A stretch of DNA of 64,000 nt from Harriotta raleighana (Eukaryota). The notes below the pieces were generated by a model that was not told where the DNA came from, made no database searches, and saw only the letters and a list, made by a program, of their open reading frames with translations. The stretch spans positions 475,024 to 539,023 of the forward strand of contig JBNZDD010013687.1 in the NCBI GenBank assembly GCA_050575255.1. The letters run 5' to 3'. Shown piece after piece: positions 50,696-62,078 of the stretch (position 1 is its first letter; each line of letters starts with the position of its first letter). Both the position numbers and the translations under genes were made by a program.

Positions 50696-50999
50696 GGAGT
50701 CCTGTAGTTCAGTGGTTAGAATACTTGTCTTGCAAACGAGAGACCTGGGTTTGATTCCAGGCAGAGTGAAACCTTGGGCAAGTTTCCTGACTCCACACAC
50801 CTGATAATAATCTTTTGGAAAAAAAAAATCGATCGTTTCAATCCTGTTTGTGGGACACTACTGTGCGCAATTGGCTGCTGCATTTCGCCCACAACTGTAC
50901 AGTCAATTCACTTTACAGCTTTATATTCTGTGAAGCGCTTTGAGACGTCTGGAAGATGTGAAAAGCCCTATATCAAATGCAAGGATATATTATTATTAT
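50696..50999 (+). mobile_element. Full-length tRNA-derived Deu-type SINE
   Basis: GGAGTCCTGTAGTTCAGTGGTTAGA head, body and (ATT)n tail. Confidence 0.87.
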
Positions 51000-53900
51000 G
51001 TGTTGGAGTGTGCCCTCGTGAAAAAATGAGCCAAACAAACAAGGCGTACTCCAAACATTATTTGAGAGCAGTCACAATCTAGAGGGAATGATTCATTGAT
51101 GCTGTTCCCGCTCCCACTCCCCCACACCCCTGCCCACCTATCCCCTAGGCTTTATGCTCTTCCTGTTGCATTGTGACCACATTAGTTATAGGATTTTCAA
51201 GGCTTATGAGAAAGTTGTTGTGGGGGAGGGCGAGTCATATTTTCGTTATCTGACTTTAAATTGTTCAAAATTAACCTTTTGACATTAACAAACGTTGTTA
51301 GCTTGGAAGAGCAGATGTAAGACATACCTGTGGCTTACATTGGATTTCACGGACCACGGGCAAGGGAGGTGACAACTGGAGAACAGCAATAGGACATAAT
51401 TGAAACGCAGAGATGCAGTACTGGCAACAGTAGAAAGAGCAGCTACAGCTGTATGCTGCAGGGAGAATATTTCCTGTTCTGGTAAATGTCTCCATTCCCT
51501 GAATGTGCTCAGAGTCCCTTTTATGTGCAATACTTCCAAAACGTGTAAGAAGAGAAGAACCCTTCCATGGCTTTGCAGCTGCTGGACAATTGGAAGACAA
51601 TCCTGTTCAATTCTGTCATCACTTGACCTGGTTTCTTGAAAATTCACCCTGGCCAGTTACTGTATATCATCTGTTAATATTTGAAAGGAGAAAATTGAAA
51701 GCCACAGCTACAATGACTTTCCAGGCAGCACATAATGATTGTGAAAAGTTGATTCTCTGACACTACTGAGAATGTCTCTCACAGGCATTGACCGTGGCCT
51801 GTGTCTGTCTATGAATGGTCCAGAAATGCCTGTTGAGTTCTCTGAAAATAAAACCAAACAAGGGAAAGTCAGTGGATATCACAGCTTTAGACCTTAAAGA
51901 AAATCCATTAGGAGAACTTCTCTGTTATGAGACATTGAGCACTCCTTTAAATGATAGTGTAGGGAGGTCAATGTAAATCGCACAAGGTAAATTTCTGAAC
52001 AGGCAAGATCGCCAGCTTTGATAAGATTTAGAAAACAATCTTTGACTTTTCAACAGGAGCATTACTTTTACAGTGACCCACAATCATTTGCATTTGTGTT
52101 GAATTGATGAGCAATATTTCATTACCTCTATGATTACTATTACATGATACCTGCATATTTCATTTAGTCTTCAGGCTTTGGTCATGGGTTACATAACGAG
52201 TGAAGCATGTGATACGCCTCCCGACGTGAAAGGCACTATATAAATGTAATTATTGATTGATACTTAGGGAGTAGATGTGTGTCAATTCTTCAGAATCTTT
52301 CAATGAGATGAGTGGCAACATAAGTCAGATCACCAGCTTATAGCCACTCTAGCAATTTCAGAAATATCATTTTAATGGACATTACATCCAAAATCCAAGC
52401 AGAGCTGCTGGTGGAATGAAAATGCATTATTCTGAAGTCAAAGTGCTAATGGAGCAACTAGACTAATAGCAGATTTGACTCCCATTCCCCCAAGAGTTGG
52501 ATAATATAGTGATGCTAAGCATCTGGCGACAGCTAACATTCAGTGATTACTGGCAAGGGTTATTGATATGCAAATGAGATGGCATTCCCGTCAGTGGGAG
52601 GTTGGTGCCAGGCTTTCGTCTGTCAGTTTGCCACTTGCCTAGTTCATGATGTATCTGCTGTCAGTGGTTTTGTGCAGATGCTTTATTTTGGTGTCTCACC
52701 TCTTTCTGTGTCACCAGTTAGCTCTGGTTTTCGGCCAGAGTTCAGTTGTGTTGGTTGCAGCTGCCCTCCTTCCAACTTGCTGGAGATTTTAATATTTTTG
52801 AGAATATTTGGCTTCCATTGCATTACTTAATCTGGTGGTCAATGCACTTGGGGTCTTAGTTTATACATTGTCTGATATCCTTGGCAGTGGTCGATGTTTC
52901 CTTGTAGCATGACTAAGTCTCAATGACTTAATGTGGTTCTCATTTCTTATCCTGGCCAAACAAATTGCCTAGGGATGAGTTGACTACATTCAGAAAAGCT
53001 CTGCCTGCTTTCTGTCCTTCACTTTTGTGAATCTCTAAAACTGTTCTCTGCTGTCATTCTAATTCTGTAATATTTTCCACTGTCACTCTAATAATATTTT
53101 CTTTGAGATGATTGGCTACTCCCATTAGACACTGACAAGGTTGGTAAATATGAACTGTGACTGTGCTAAATACATGTCATATAGATTATTGGTCATGATC
53201 AATTCATTGTAAAACAGATGGATTTTGGTGAGCTCTAAATTTAAAACAGAAATGCAGGCTTCTTCACACTTGCGTATTATTCAGTACAGGCCAAAGGTGA
53301 GGACAACAGTGAATACTTTCAAGAATGTAAGTTGAGTAATTTTTGTTAAAAGTAATCAGACATAGTGTTTCAAATAAAAAGTAAGAAAACAGTCAAGAAT
53401 CAAAAACTTTCCGGCCGTAATCAAACACATTTTAGTCATTGTTGTTGCTGGGAAAGTTTAAATGGAATTTGAGACAAAGTACCTCAAACTGATCAAAGAT
53501 TTTATTCTTAATCTCTGGTGTCATTAACAAATGGAGCTGGAATGGTGGATGAGGTGAGGACACCAGGCTTGGTTTTCTTACACACATGATGTACTATGTA
53601 ATTTTGTTGTTGTGGTTGTAAAGGAGACTGCTAAACTGGATGATATCGAATCGAAATTGGTTTGAATGCACAGGTCAAAGTTTTCAAATCTGCTGTCAAT
53701 TTATCCAAATCATTCCCATTAGATACTGACAAGGTTGGTAAATATGAACTGTGACTGTGCTAAATATATATTTATATTGACAATATCAATAAACCATTGG
53801 CCCATGAACAATGCGATAGCATTGTAGAAAATATATCTAAATGTCTCTACCAAATGTATTCGTTCCTCAGCTTGATTGAGTCATAGGTTCATTTGGCTTT

Positions 53901-54016
53901 GGTTGATCATGACTAACATGACTTAATGATGTGTCAGAGCAGTAATAGGTGTTAATTGTATTTCCAGATGTGGGTTGAAACCTCTGTTAAGTGAGCAGCC
54001 CAACGAGCTCAAGTTA

Positions 54017-54174
54017 AACACAAAATACTACAGATGCTGAGAATCTGAAACAAACACAGAAGTTGCTGGGGAAAGGTTCTGACGAAGGCTCGTGGACCCG
54101 AAACGTTGACTCACATTCCTTTCTCCATAGATGCTGCCTGACCTGCTGAGTTTCCCTAGCAACTTCTGTGTTTC
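54017..54174 (+). mobile_element. Short Penelope-like insertion with an internal inverted repeat and 11-bp TSD
   Basis: TSD AGCTCAAGTTA at 54006-54016 and 54175-54185; inverted repeat 54052-54074 / 54151-54173 (22 of 23 match); homologous to the 6471 and 12110 fragments. Confidence 0.75.
54075..54111 (+). ncRNA. Minimal type I hammerhead ribozyme motif (Penelope-associated type)
   Basis: CUGACGA (54079-54085), extra A, stem II GGcUC/GAcCC with one mismatch, GAAA (54100-54103), palindromic ACGU, putative GUU cleavage triplet, wobble stem I GGUU/GACU. Confidence 0.55.
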
Positions 54175-54770
54175 AGCTCAAGTTACTGTCCTATTTGCAA
54201 CTTTTGCAGTCAGTCAAATTTAAGGGCAGGTTTTATCTAGTAGACAATACACCTGAAAGTAAACGGATTGTAAACTAGAACGAGACGAAAACATCTGTTG
54301 AAAGATAACAATGTTCCATTTGCGAATTGGTTAACACTCTTCTTTTGGCAAACTCGATTTCTGGGCTGGAAAACGAAAGGAGGTAATCCTCAGTGGAATC
54401 ATGGAAAACAAATGCTGTGCATAGTGGAAGTTGATACTTAGCTATTTCCACGTAATTTGTAAAGTAATGGGTGAGTGAGTGCTTGTATTTCGCACTTCTA
54501 TCGCTGGTGGAAAAATAGTGTTTTTTTTTAAATTGCTTGGAGTTATCCATGAGTTTCCACAGATTGCCCTGAATATTTTGAGGGAAATTGTTGTGTCTTA
54601 GCACTGTATCTGCTAGTTGTTAAAAATAATTACCTTTGTGACGAACAACTCTATCAAGGTTGTGTGACTAAGTGTGCTTTTCTCGTCTAAGTAAATAGTG
54701 CCCCTTATTCATACTGATTGGAAATACTTTGCTTGAGAGAATCTATCTACTTGTGATAAATAACCATTCT

Positions 54771-55089
54771 TGGAGTTCCTCTGGCTTAGTGGTTAGAGCA
54801 CTCGCCTCACAAGCATGAGACCTGTGTTCGGATCCAGGCAGATCAGGGCGAAACCTTGGGCAAGTTTCCTTACTCCACACGCTAATAATAATCCTCTAAA
54901 AAAAAACACAATAATAAAATTGGTCATTTCAATCCACGACTGTTTGTGGGGACGCTGCTGTGCGCAATTGGCTGCCGCGTTCCGCCCACAAATATACAGT
55001 CAATTCACTTTACAGTATATTCCGTGAAGAGCTTTGGGACGTTGATAAGATGTGAAAAGCGCTATATCAAATGCAAGGATTATTATTAT
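54771..55089 (+). mobile_element. Full-length tRNA-derived Deu-type SINE, CpG-rich and probably young
   Basis: TGGCTTAGTGGTTAGAGCACTCGCCTCACAAGC head, GCGCAATTGGCTGCCGCGTT body, (ATT)n tail. Confidence 0.88.
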
Positions 55090-55196
55090 TTTATGATGTT
55101 CATAGTATGAACAAGATTACTGTAATATTTTAACATCATACAGATAATAAACAATTTTTGCATTTTTGCAATACAATTGTTACACTGAATCTCAAT

Positions 55197-55330
55197 CCCA
55201 TTTGGCTTAGCAGTGAGAGCACTCGCTCCACAAGCGAGAGGATTTAAATTGATTCCTGGGCAGGGTGAAATATTGGACAAGTTTTGTCCAAGCAATAAGT
55301 TGTTAGTCGATTGGCTTTTCTGGGGAAAAT
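55197..55330 (+). mobile_element. SINE 5' (tRNA-like) part
   Basis: TGGCTTAGCAGTGAGAGCACTCGCTCCACAAGCGAG...GATTCCTGGGCAGGGTGAAA. Confidence 0.65.
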
Positions 55331-57704
55331 AATCTTTTTTTAAAAAGTAATGAAACGTTTCAAAGGCGAGATAAGATTATTTTGTGATGGTTCTTTCTTG
55401 AAGGAATTGCATTCTTGGGACACTGAGATGCTTTATTTTGATCATATAATCTATAAACATTTATGGCAGGCAAAAGAAAAAAGAACACACAACTACTGAT
55501 TTGCAAGGGTCAGATTACAATTGCATCAGAGTCCCATTGAGAAAGTAAATGGTTCACTTCTTTCCCTCCACTCTCCCACTCTTCCCCCCACATTAAAAAA
55601 AATGCATTATACATTGTGCTTTAGTGAAGATTTCAAGGAAACTGTGTTAAGCCATGGAAGTAAACACAGCTGGAATTGGCAACAATACCCAACATTATGA
55701 ATGATTTTATCTCTGTAGAAGATAAAACACAATATAATTAGAAAATGGAAGTTTATCCTTATGTTTGTTTTTACACAGTTTAACTAACCCCCAAGTGCTA
55801 CTGAAAGATTATTGCATGCGTTTATAAAAGAAATGTGTGGTTATAATAAATATTGTTCCAATAAAACTTATTGGAATGAAAATGTATCCTGGAAGATTAA
55901 ACTATAGCTAACCAACTCAACTTTTTAGTACCTTGGGTCGTTCTCCCAACATGAAAGCCGCTGTACAAATGTAATCTTGCTGTTGATATTATATATTGAC
56001 GTTTGTTAAAGATGCAAAATTAATGTCCTACAATGATAACTGTGGCTCATTATTGTTGAAAAATATATGGTGTGACATTCACCCACATCAAAAATAATAT
56101 AACATTTAAAAAGTGATACCAGTTCAGTAGAGGTGTGGCTCTTAATTATCAGAAGATACAACTTGGAAAAGGGAACCAGATATCTGAGCCATAGGCCATA
56201 TCTCTATTCTTGTACATTCCTATGACCATAAATAATTGCTTCACATCTTGGGTGCCAACTGAAAATGTTGAATTCCCAACCCTCTCTCACCTTAGCCACC
56301 AAAGTATACTTGACGTTTACAATTACCTTCCATCTAGTTCCAATTCAGTTTACTTAAGGAACACTTGGCCAGTAATTCTCAACATCCTGTTTATCAGAAT
56401 GTATTTTTGTTTACCTTCTCATGCCTTGGATTAATTCAGACTCCAAAGAGCACATTTGTTATTCATGGTCCAGACATCCTCCAAACACACAATTGAACCA
56501 TTTAAAATTGGTGTGTACATAAATACTTTAGTCTTAATCTGACGTCAGATAACTTGGTAGTGGTGAGATGTTAGAGCCTGCAACGGAATTAGGTGGAGGA
56601 ATCTGAACATTTTGCTTCAGGGGAAAATATGTTTTTAAAATATTGATTACAATATGACCAGCTTCCGAATATTTGTTTGGTGCACAGTGAGTTAATTGCT
56701 TAATGGTTTGACTAAGGGGATGTTTTCAAAATACAGTAGATTAACTGTGTTAGGTATTCTTGATGTCATTGTAGTTTGGGAATCTTGAAGGATCGTGTAC
56801 ATTTCTTTGTGCCAAGTTTCAATCCATTAATGTCTATGTTGAGCTCTATATAACTGCAAGTGATTACTTGTACATGCCTTTAGGTAATTGTAGCCGCTCC
56901 CTACAATAAACTACTTGTCTTTTCTAATTACTAAAAGATGAAACTAGTGTTTGTTTTATATACTGCATAATAGTTGAGATTCTTTTATTACTCATCCTCT
57001 TGTGGACTTGTAGACCTATGGTTAGTCTGAGGAACCACAAATATGAACCTTATGCATACAAACCAATTTTAACTTGCCAAGTTTTGGTTTATCTGGAATT
57101 TGGTTCATACCTCGTTAAACTTTTAATGCAAGAAAAGGTGATAAATGTTATTATAACTGTTCTTCCACGCTTTAGGGTTTTCTGTTCCTGTAAAGTGGAG
57201 TTATCAAGATGAGATTTTAATCCTTACATTTTTTGCATTTCATACAGTGCCTTCTCACGGAGAGAGGTGGATGGTTGGGGTGGTGTATATTGTGTGTGCA
57301 AAAAGACTATTGAACAGGTTTGAGTTGCACTGCCTGCAATAAACATTCTGCATGTGACTAATTCATAAAATTGCATAGAATTACCTAGATTATACAGCAC
57401 TTAAACAGGTCAAGACAACTAATTTGGACAGTTTTTATACTCCACTTGAACTTCCCCTTCCATCTGTCCCATCCAAGAGCACCCCATTACCACCAACTCC
57501 CAAACCCTTTACTGTAGTTACATTTTTTGGTAAAGTATAACTGGATTCACAAGCTCACACGTATAGCCTTGTAACAACAAAAAACAATTCCACTTGATTA
57601 GCCCCTTTCGTGTCAGGCGAACGTCAAAGCGCTGTAACAGCTATTATGAATATTTTAAAGAAACTTTCTAATTAATGTGCTATCATTTCTTCAATGAATT
57701 TGAG

Positions 57705-58351
57705 TAATAAGCAACTTGTATAGCGCTTTACATGTGGTAGGATATCCGAAGGCGCTGGACACTCCAGGATTTGCACCCATTATGGAGTTTGGGTTCAAGT
57801 GGGGCAGGGCAGGGAGAGTAGGGGTTAGTAAGGTGACCAAAAATGTGGTCCAAGAAGAGAAGCAAAAAATAGTTGGGTAGGTATCCAGGTGTTTTATTAT
57901 TATTAATACTCCTTGCGTGCTGTTGTAGAGTTCTGGCAAAAGTTGGAAAATTCCACTTGTGGGTGATTTGGTTTCCTCCCAAGGCGAAAGACGCTCTATA
58001 AATGTAATTTTGTTGTTGTTTGGGCATGCTGAAACAGTACTAACTGCTTACTTCACAGGAGGTATTTTCACACCAGAATCTCTTAAGCAAAATCTTTTTG
58101 GTTCGGAGAATACTTTTGATGGGGACAGTCCAAACAGCTGTACGTTTTGCCCACAAATATACAGTCAATTTTCCTACTTCCCTTCTGCTCAGGTCCGTAC
58201 CTCTTTTTCCCCCCTTTCTTCCCTCTTTTCTTTTCCCTACCCCTCCCCCACCTGCTCTGGTCCCTACCTTGGGATGTTGTTGTATTCTGTAAAGCGCTTT
58301 GAGACGTTGATAAGATGTGGAAAGCGCTATATAAATGTAAGGATTATTATT
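57705..58351. mobile_element. Cluster of L2/SINE tails: 57710-57830 (-), 57975-58020 (+) and SINE 3' part 58135-58351 (+)
   Basis: Shared GCGCTATATAAATG tails; 58135-58351 resembles the 3398-3588 variant with a pyrimidine-rich insert. Confidence 0.65.
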
Positions 58352-58984
58352 ACATTAACAGTCTGGTTTACTTATTCATGATGTTTTGTCTTGTGAACTG
58401 TTTAAGAGAAGAGGAAGTAAAAATCAACCAATGTCATATAAAATTACTTTTGTTTGTCATATGGAATTATAAGAAGTTCCAGCCCCTTCATTGTGTTTCT
58501 ACTTTTAGGTGCAGGGTGATCTTGGATAAGGAGGAACTATAGAACTGGTATGATTTAAGATGCAAAAATAGGAAGATCATATTCTCAGCAGAATCCAGTC
58601 CTGTGGGTGTATTCACCAAACATTTTCAGTTTGGGCCCTTGTACCTTGGGACATACTCCTGTTGTGAAAGGTGCTATATAAATGTAATTATGTTGTTGTT
58701 GTGATTATACACATTTTGAAGTCCGAACAATGAAATACAAACCCAGAGGCAGACACCCAACCTTCCACCAGCTATATTGTTAGGGAAAAGCATCCTTTGA
58801 CTGACTGGCCTGAGTACCCACACATTTGACCATTTAAATTATTGTTTGACATCTTCATTCAGTCTTTTCAGATGTACAGAGCTTCATGTTTCTCTTTTCA
58901 GTCATAAGAATATGTATTTCTGTGTCTCGCATTAAATGGTCTCAAGATTATCTCCTTAAACTTCCTTATTTTCTGGTTCTTCCC

Positions 58985-59070
58985 AGGTATATTATGTGAA
59001 GCACTTTGAGACATCCAGAAGACGTGAAAAGCATTATATGCATCAAATGCAAGGATTATTATTATTATTA
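58985..59070 (+). mobile_element. SINE 3' fragment
   Basis: GTGAAGCACTTTGAGACATCCAGAAGACGTGAAAAGC...TCAAATGCAAGG(ATT)n. Confidence 0.7.
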
Positions 59071-62016
59071 ATCCTCCTTGAAATTCTTTGAATAGTTCTA
59101 AAGACCCCATTCTCGAAGTCTATTGTCTGGGTGATTGGCTGCAGTCTTAATTGCTACAATAACAGCTTACATTTATATAGCGCACTACACGCGGGATGGT
59201 GTCTCGAAGCACTTAAAACTACCTCCAATATTCCTAATGAAATGCCCTGATCTTTCTTGTTGGGGGAGAAGAACAGCTGTTGGACAAGAGAGAGTCAGAG
59301 ATTTCCAATGACTAGAATGTTTTTGATTCTCTTGACCTTACTGCTTGCACATTAGATGGAAACACCCCATTAGCTACTTGTTAGTTTGGTTTATCAAGTA
59401 ACACAATCTTTTCCCTTTGACATTTCTTTTAAATTATCCAACATATATTTTCAATTACAAAAATATGGAGATTATTTCTTAAGACATAGTTGAGATTTAC
59501 ATTGTCCTTGTATGTTTTACAAAATGTGCTGGTACAAAAGTCCTAAACTTTAACAATGCTGTAAAGAAGTCCTTAACTTTAAGAATGTTTAACTGGAAAA
59601 TATTATTCCTGGTAAAAATGGGGAAGGGGACAGCTAAAACGGGTAGAGAATTATATATTAAAATATTTTATTTTGGCTGTACAGTATTTTATTTCAGATA
59701 TTAGGCCAAATTAATTTTTGTGGGCCCGGAATGTTTTATATTTGGAATATAATCTGTTTCTTAGAGCTGTATAGCTAGACGGGGAGCAAAGAAAATGTGC
59801 GTCATAAACATACTGACCAACATAATACAGGCCTCAGAATCTTTTAATACACAGAGTGTGTTGGGTCAAATGTGGGAGTATTTCATTAACCCACAATGGT
59901 TTGAAAGGACTGTAGTAGGATATTTTACTGGGATTTTTTTTTCCTACTTGGAGTGTTTCCCATGTTTTTAATGCTGAGTGTATGCAGTTTCAGTGAGCAG
60001 CAAAAATCTGCCCCAACAGTATTGTGACGCATCCAGCAATAATCCACCTGCAACATTTTTCTTTCCATGTACAGTATGTAGAATTAATTTTGATGTGGAA
60101 GAACATCTGATAGTGACCAAAATGCTGAAACAATGAACATTATTCTTGGACTTTTTCAAAATGGTATTAGGTGTAAATTAAAAGGCATAACTCGATGGCA
60201 AGACAGCTGCGTATTTTTGACTATTTGGCACAGACTCGATTTTATGCAGTTCGTGCATATTTTTGGAGCATCTCGTGTAGGTAATAGCTGTACATAATGC
60301 AAAACATATATTTAAAAAGTCCATATCTCACTTGTTGATGCAGCTGCATCTACAAAGATAGTAATGTGTCTGTAAGATGGAAACTGCGGGTTTGGCTATA
60401 ACTAAACAATCCACAAAAGATAGAGCATGGTCGTGTTTTGTAATTGTTTCAGAAGCTGGAAATTAACTCTTTACTGACTAAATGCCACAATAGTATGCTT
60501 GGACTGTCTTTATGAAGGAAGAGTAGCTTGGGGTACATCGTTGATATTTCCAGTTGATCTAGCAACCATGTTCATTGACTCTTAATGATAAAAGACAATT
60601 CAGCTTGAATTGTGCAACACGTGTTTTTTTTTAAATGCACGGTGGAAAATTCACTACTCTTTCTCCAAGTAAATTGTGCCTGTGAAATGAACCATGAGAG
60701 ATGAATCAATTGATGGAATTTAAGGAAAAACAAAATCTTGGAATAGATGTGGTCCTAGAATAAATCTCGCTATCCAGCTGTTGATTATACTTCTTTGCCA
60801 GAAGAGCAAACACATTGTTTGCAGTGACTCTATTGGCAATGTGTGAGCTAATTTTTACTGGTAGGATCTTAAGTAATGTTAGGTAAATTAAGTTGCGGAT
60901 AATAATCCCTCGGGGGGTGCTGGAGGGAACAAAAATAATCAGAAATTGGTCATTTCAATCCAGAATGTTGATAGGGCTTGCAATCCTATATATTATCAAC
61001 ATTTGCATTTAGAAACTTCCATTTAAAGACTAGAAAGTGCAGCAAGTCCTATTTTCCAATTAATTTACTTTCCACTTGCTGATTTAGGTCTTCTTAGTAT
61101 TTCTCTGTGTTTCATTGTGATAAGGAAAATACAACACTATTTATAGTTGTTTGATAACCAGTTGGATGATGTTGTTTCCTTTTTCTTCTACTTGACAAAA
61201 CGAAAACCAATACTGTATATGCAGCATAGGTACATTCTTCCAAGACGTTAAACAAGATAGCACTGCTATGTAGTCATAACTCGACTTGCAGGAAATGCCA
61301 TAGTAACGTGCAAACTCAAGTACACAGATAAAGCCCAGCCAGGTTGGGCAAGTTCCCAAGTGGATGATTAATGCTGTGCTTGCATTGTTTACCGCCGCCT
61401 CTTCACTTCATGATATAGATTGCTGATGGTTATGTGCTGGATAGGTGGAAGGATTTTTCTGGATCCTCTTGCTGTCTGGAATTCAGTTCCGACTGACTGA
61501 GACATATTTGAGACAGCTTTTTGTGTTGCTTTACGTGCAAAGCCACCGTTCTGTGGATATGGTTCAATGACTCATCTAAACTTTGGAACAGGGCTGGTGA
61601 TGTCAGATATGTTTGCATGTTTCCCTATCTCTTGACTGTTTGAATCTAGGTCAGTTGGTTCTAGGATTTTTTTTAATAACCATGGGTAATGGAAATTTTA
61701 ATGCTGTCATGGTTTCCACCCCCAACTACTGTCACATTGAAAAATTTAATTGTTATACTGTAGAATTGTTTCTAAGAATTCTGCCACCCCATACAGTGCC
61801 AGAGGAAATTAATTTGTACTGAAGGAATACTTTATATCCTCTTTCCTGCTTTCTTCCCCTCCCCACCCACACCACTTCATAAGACCAAATCCAACCACTA
61901 AACCATTGTTGTAATTTTGAAAACTTTTTTATGCTCTGTGCGTAAATGCAGTGCAGAAGAGAGCAATGAGGATGATGTCCGGTATTAGAGGAATGATCTA
62001 AAAGCAACAGTCAGAC

Positions 62017-62078
62017 GAGCTAGGACTCTTCAGTCTGGAGAGAAGATATCTCAGAGGGAACTTTGTAGATGTGTATAT
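62017..62078 (+). mobile_element. CR1 ORF2 fragment
   Basis: Translates to ELGLFSLERRYLRGNFVDVY, the CR1 LGLFSLExRRLRGDLIEVY motif. Confidence 0.6.
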
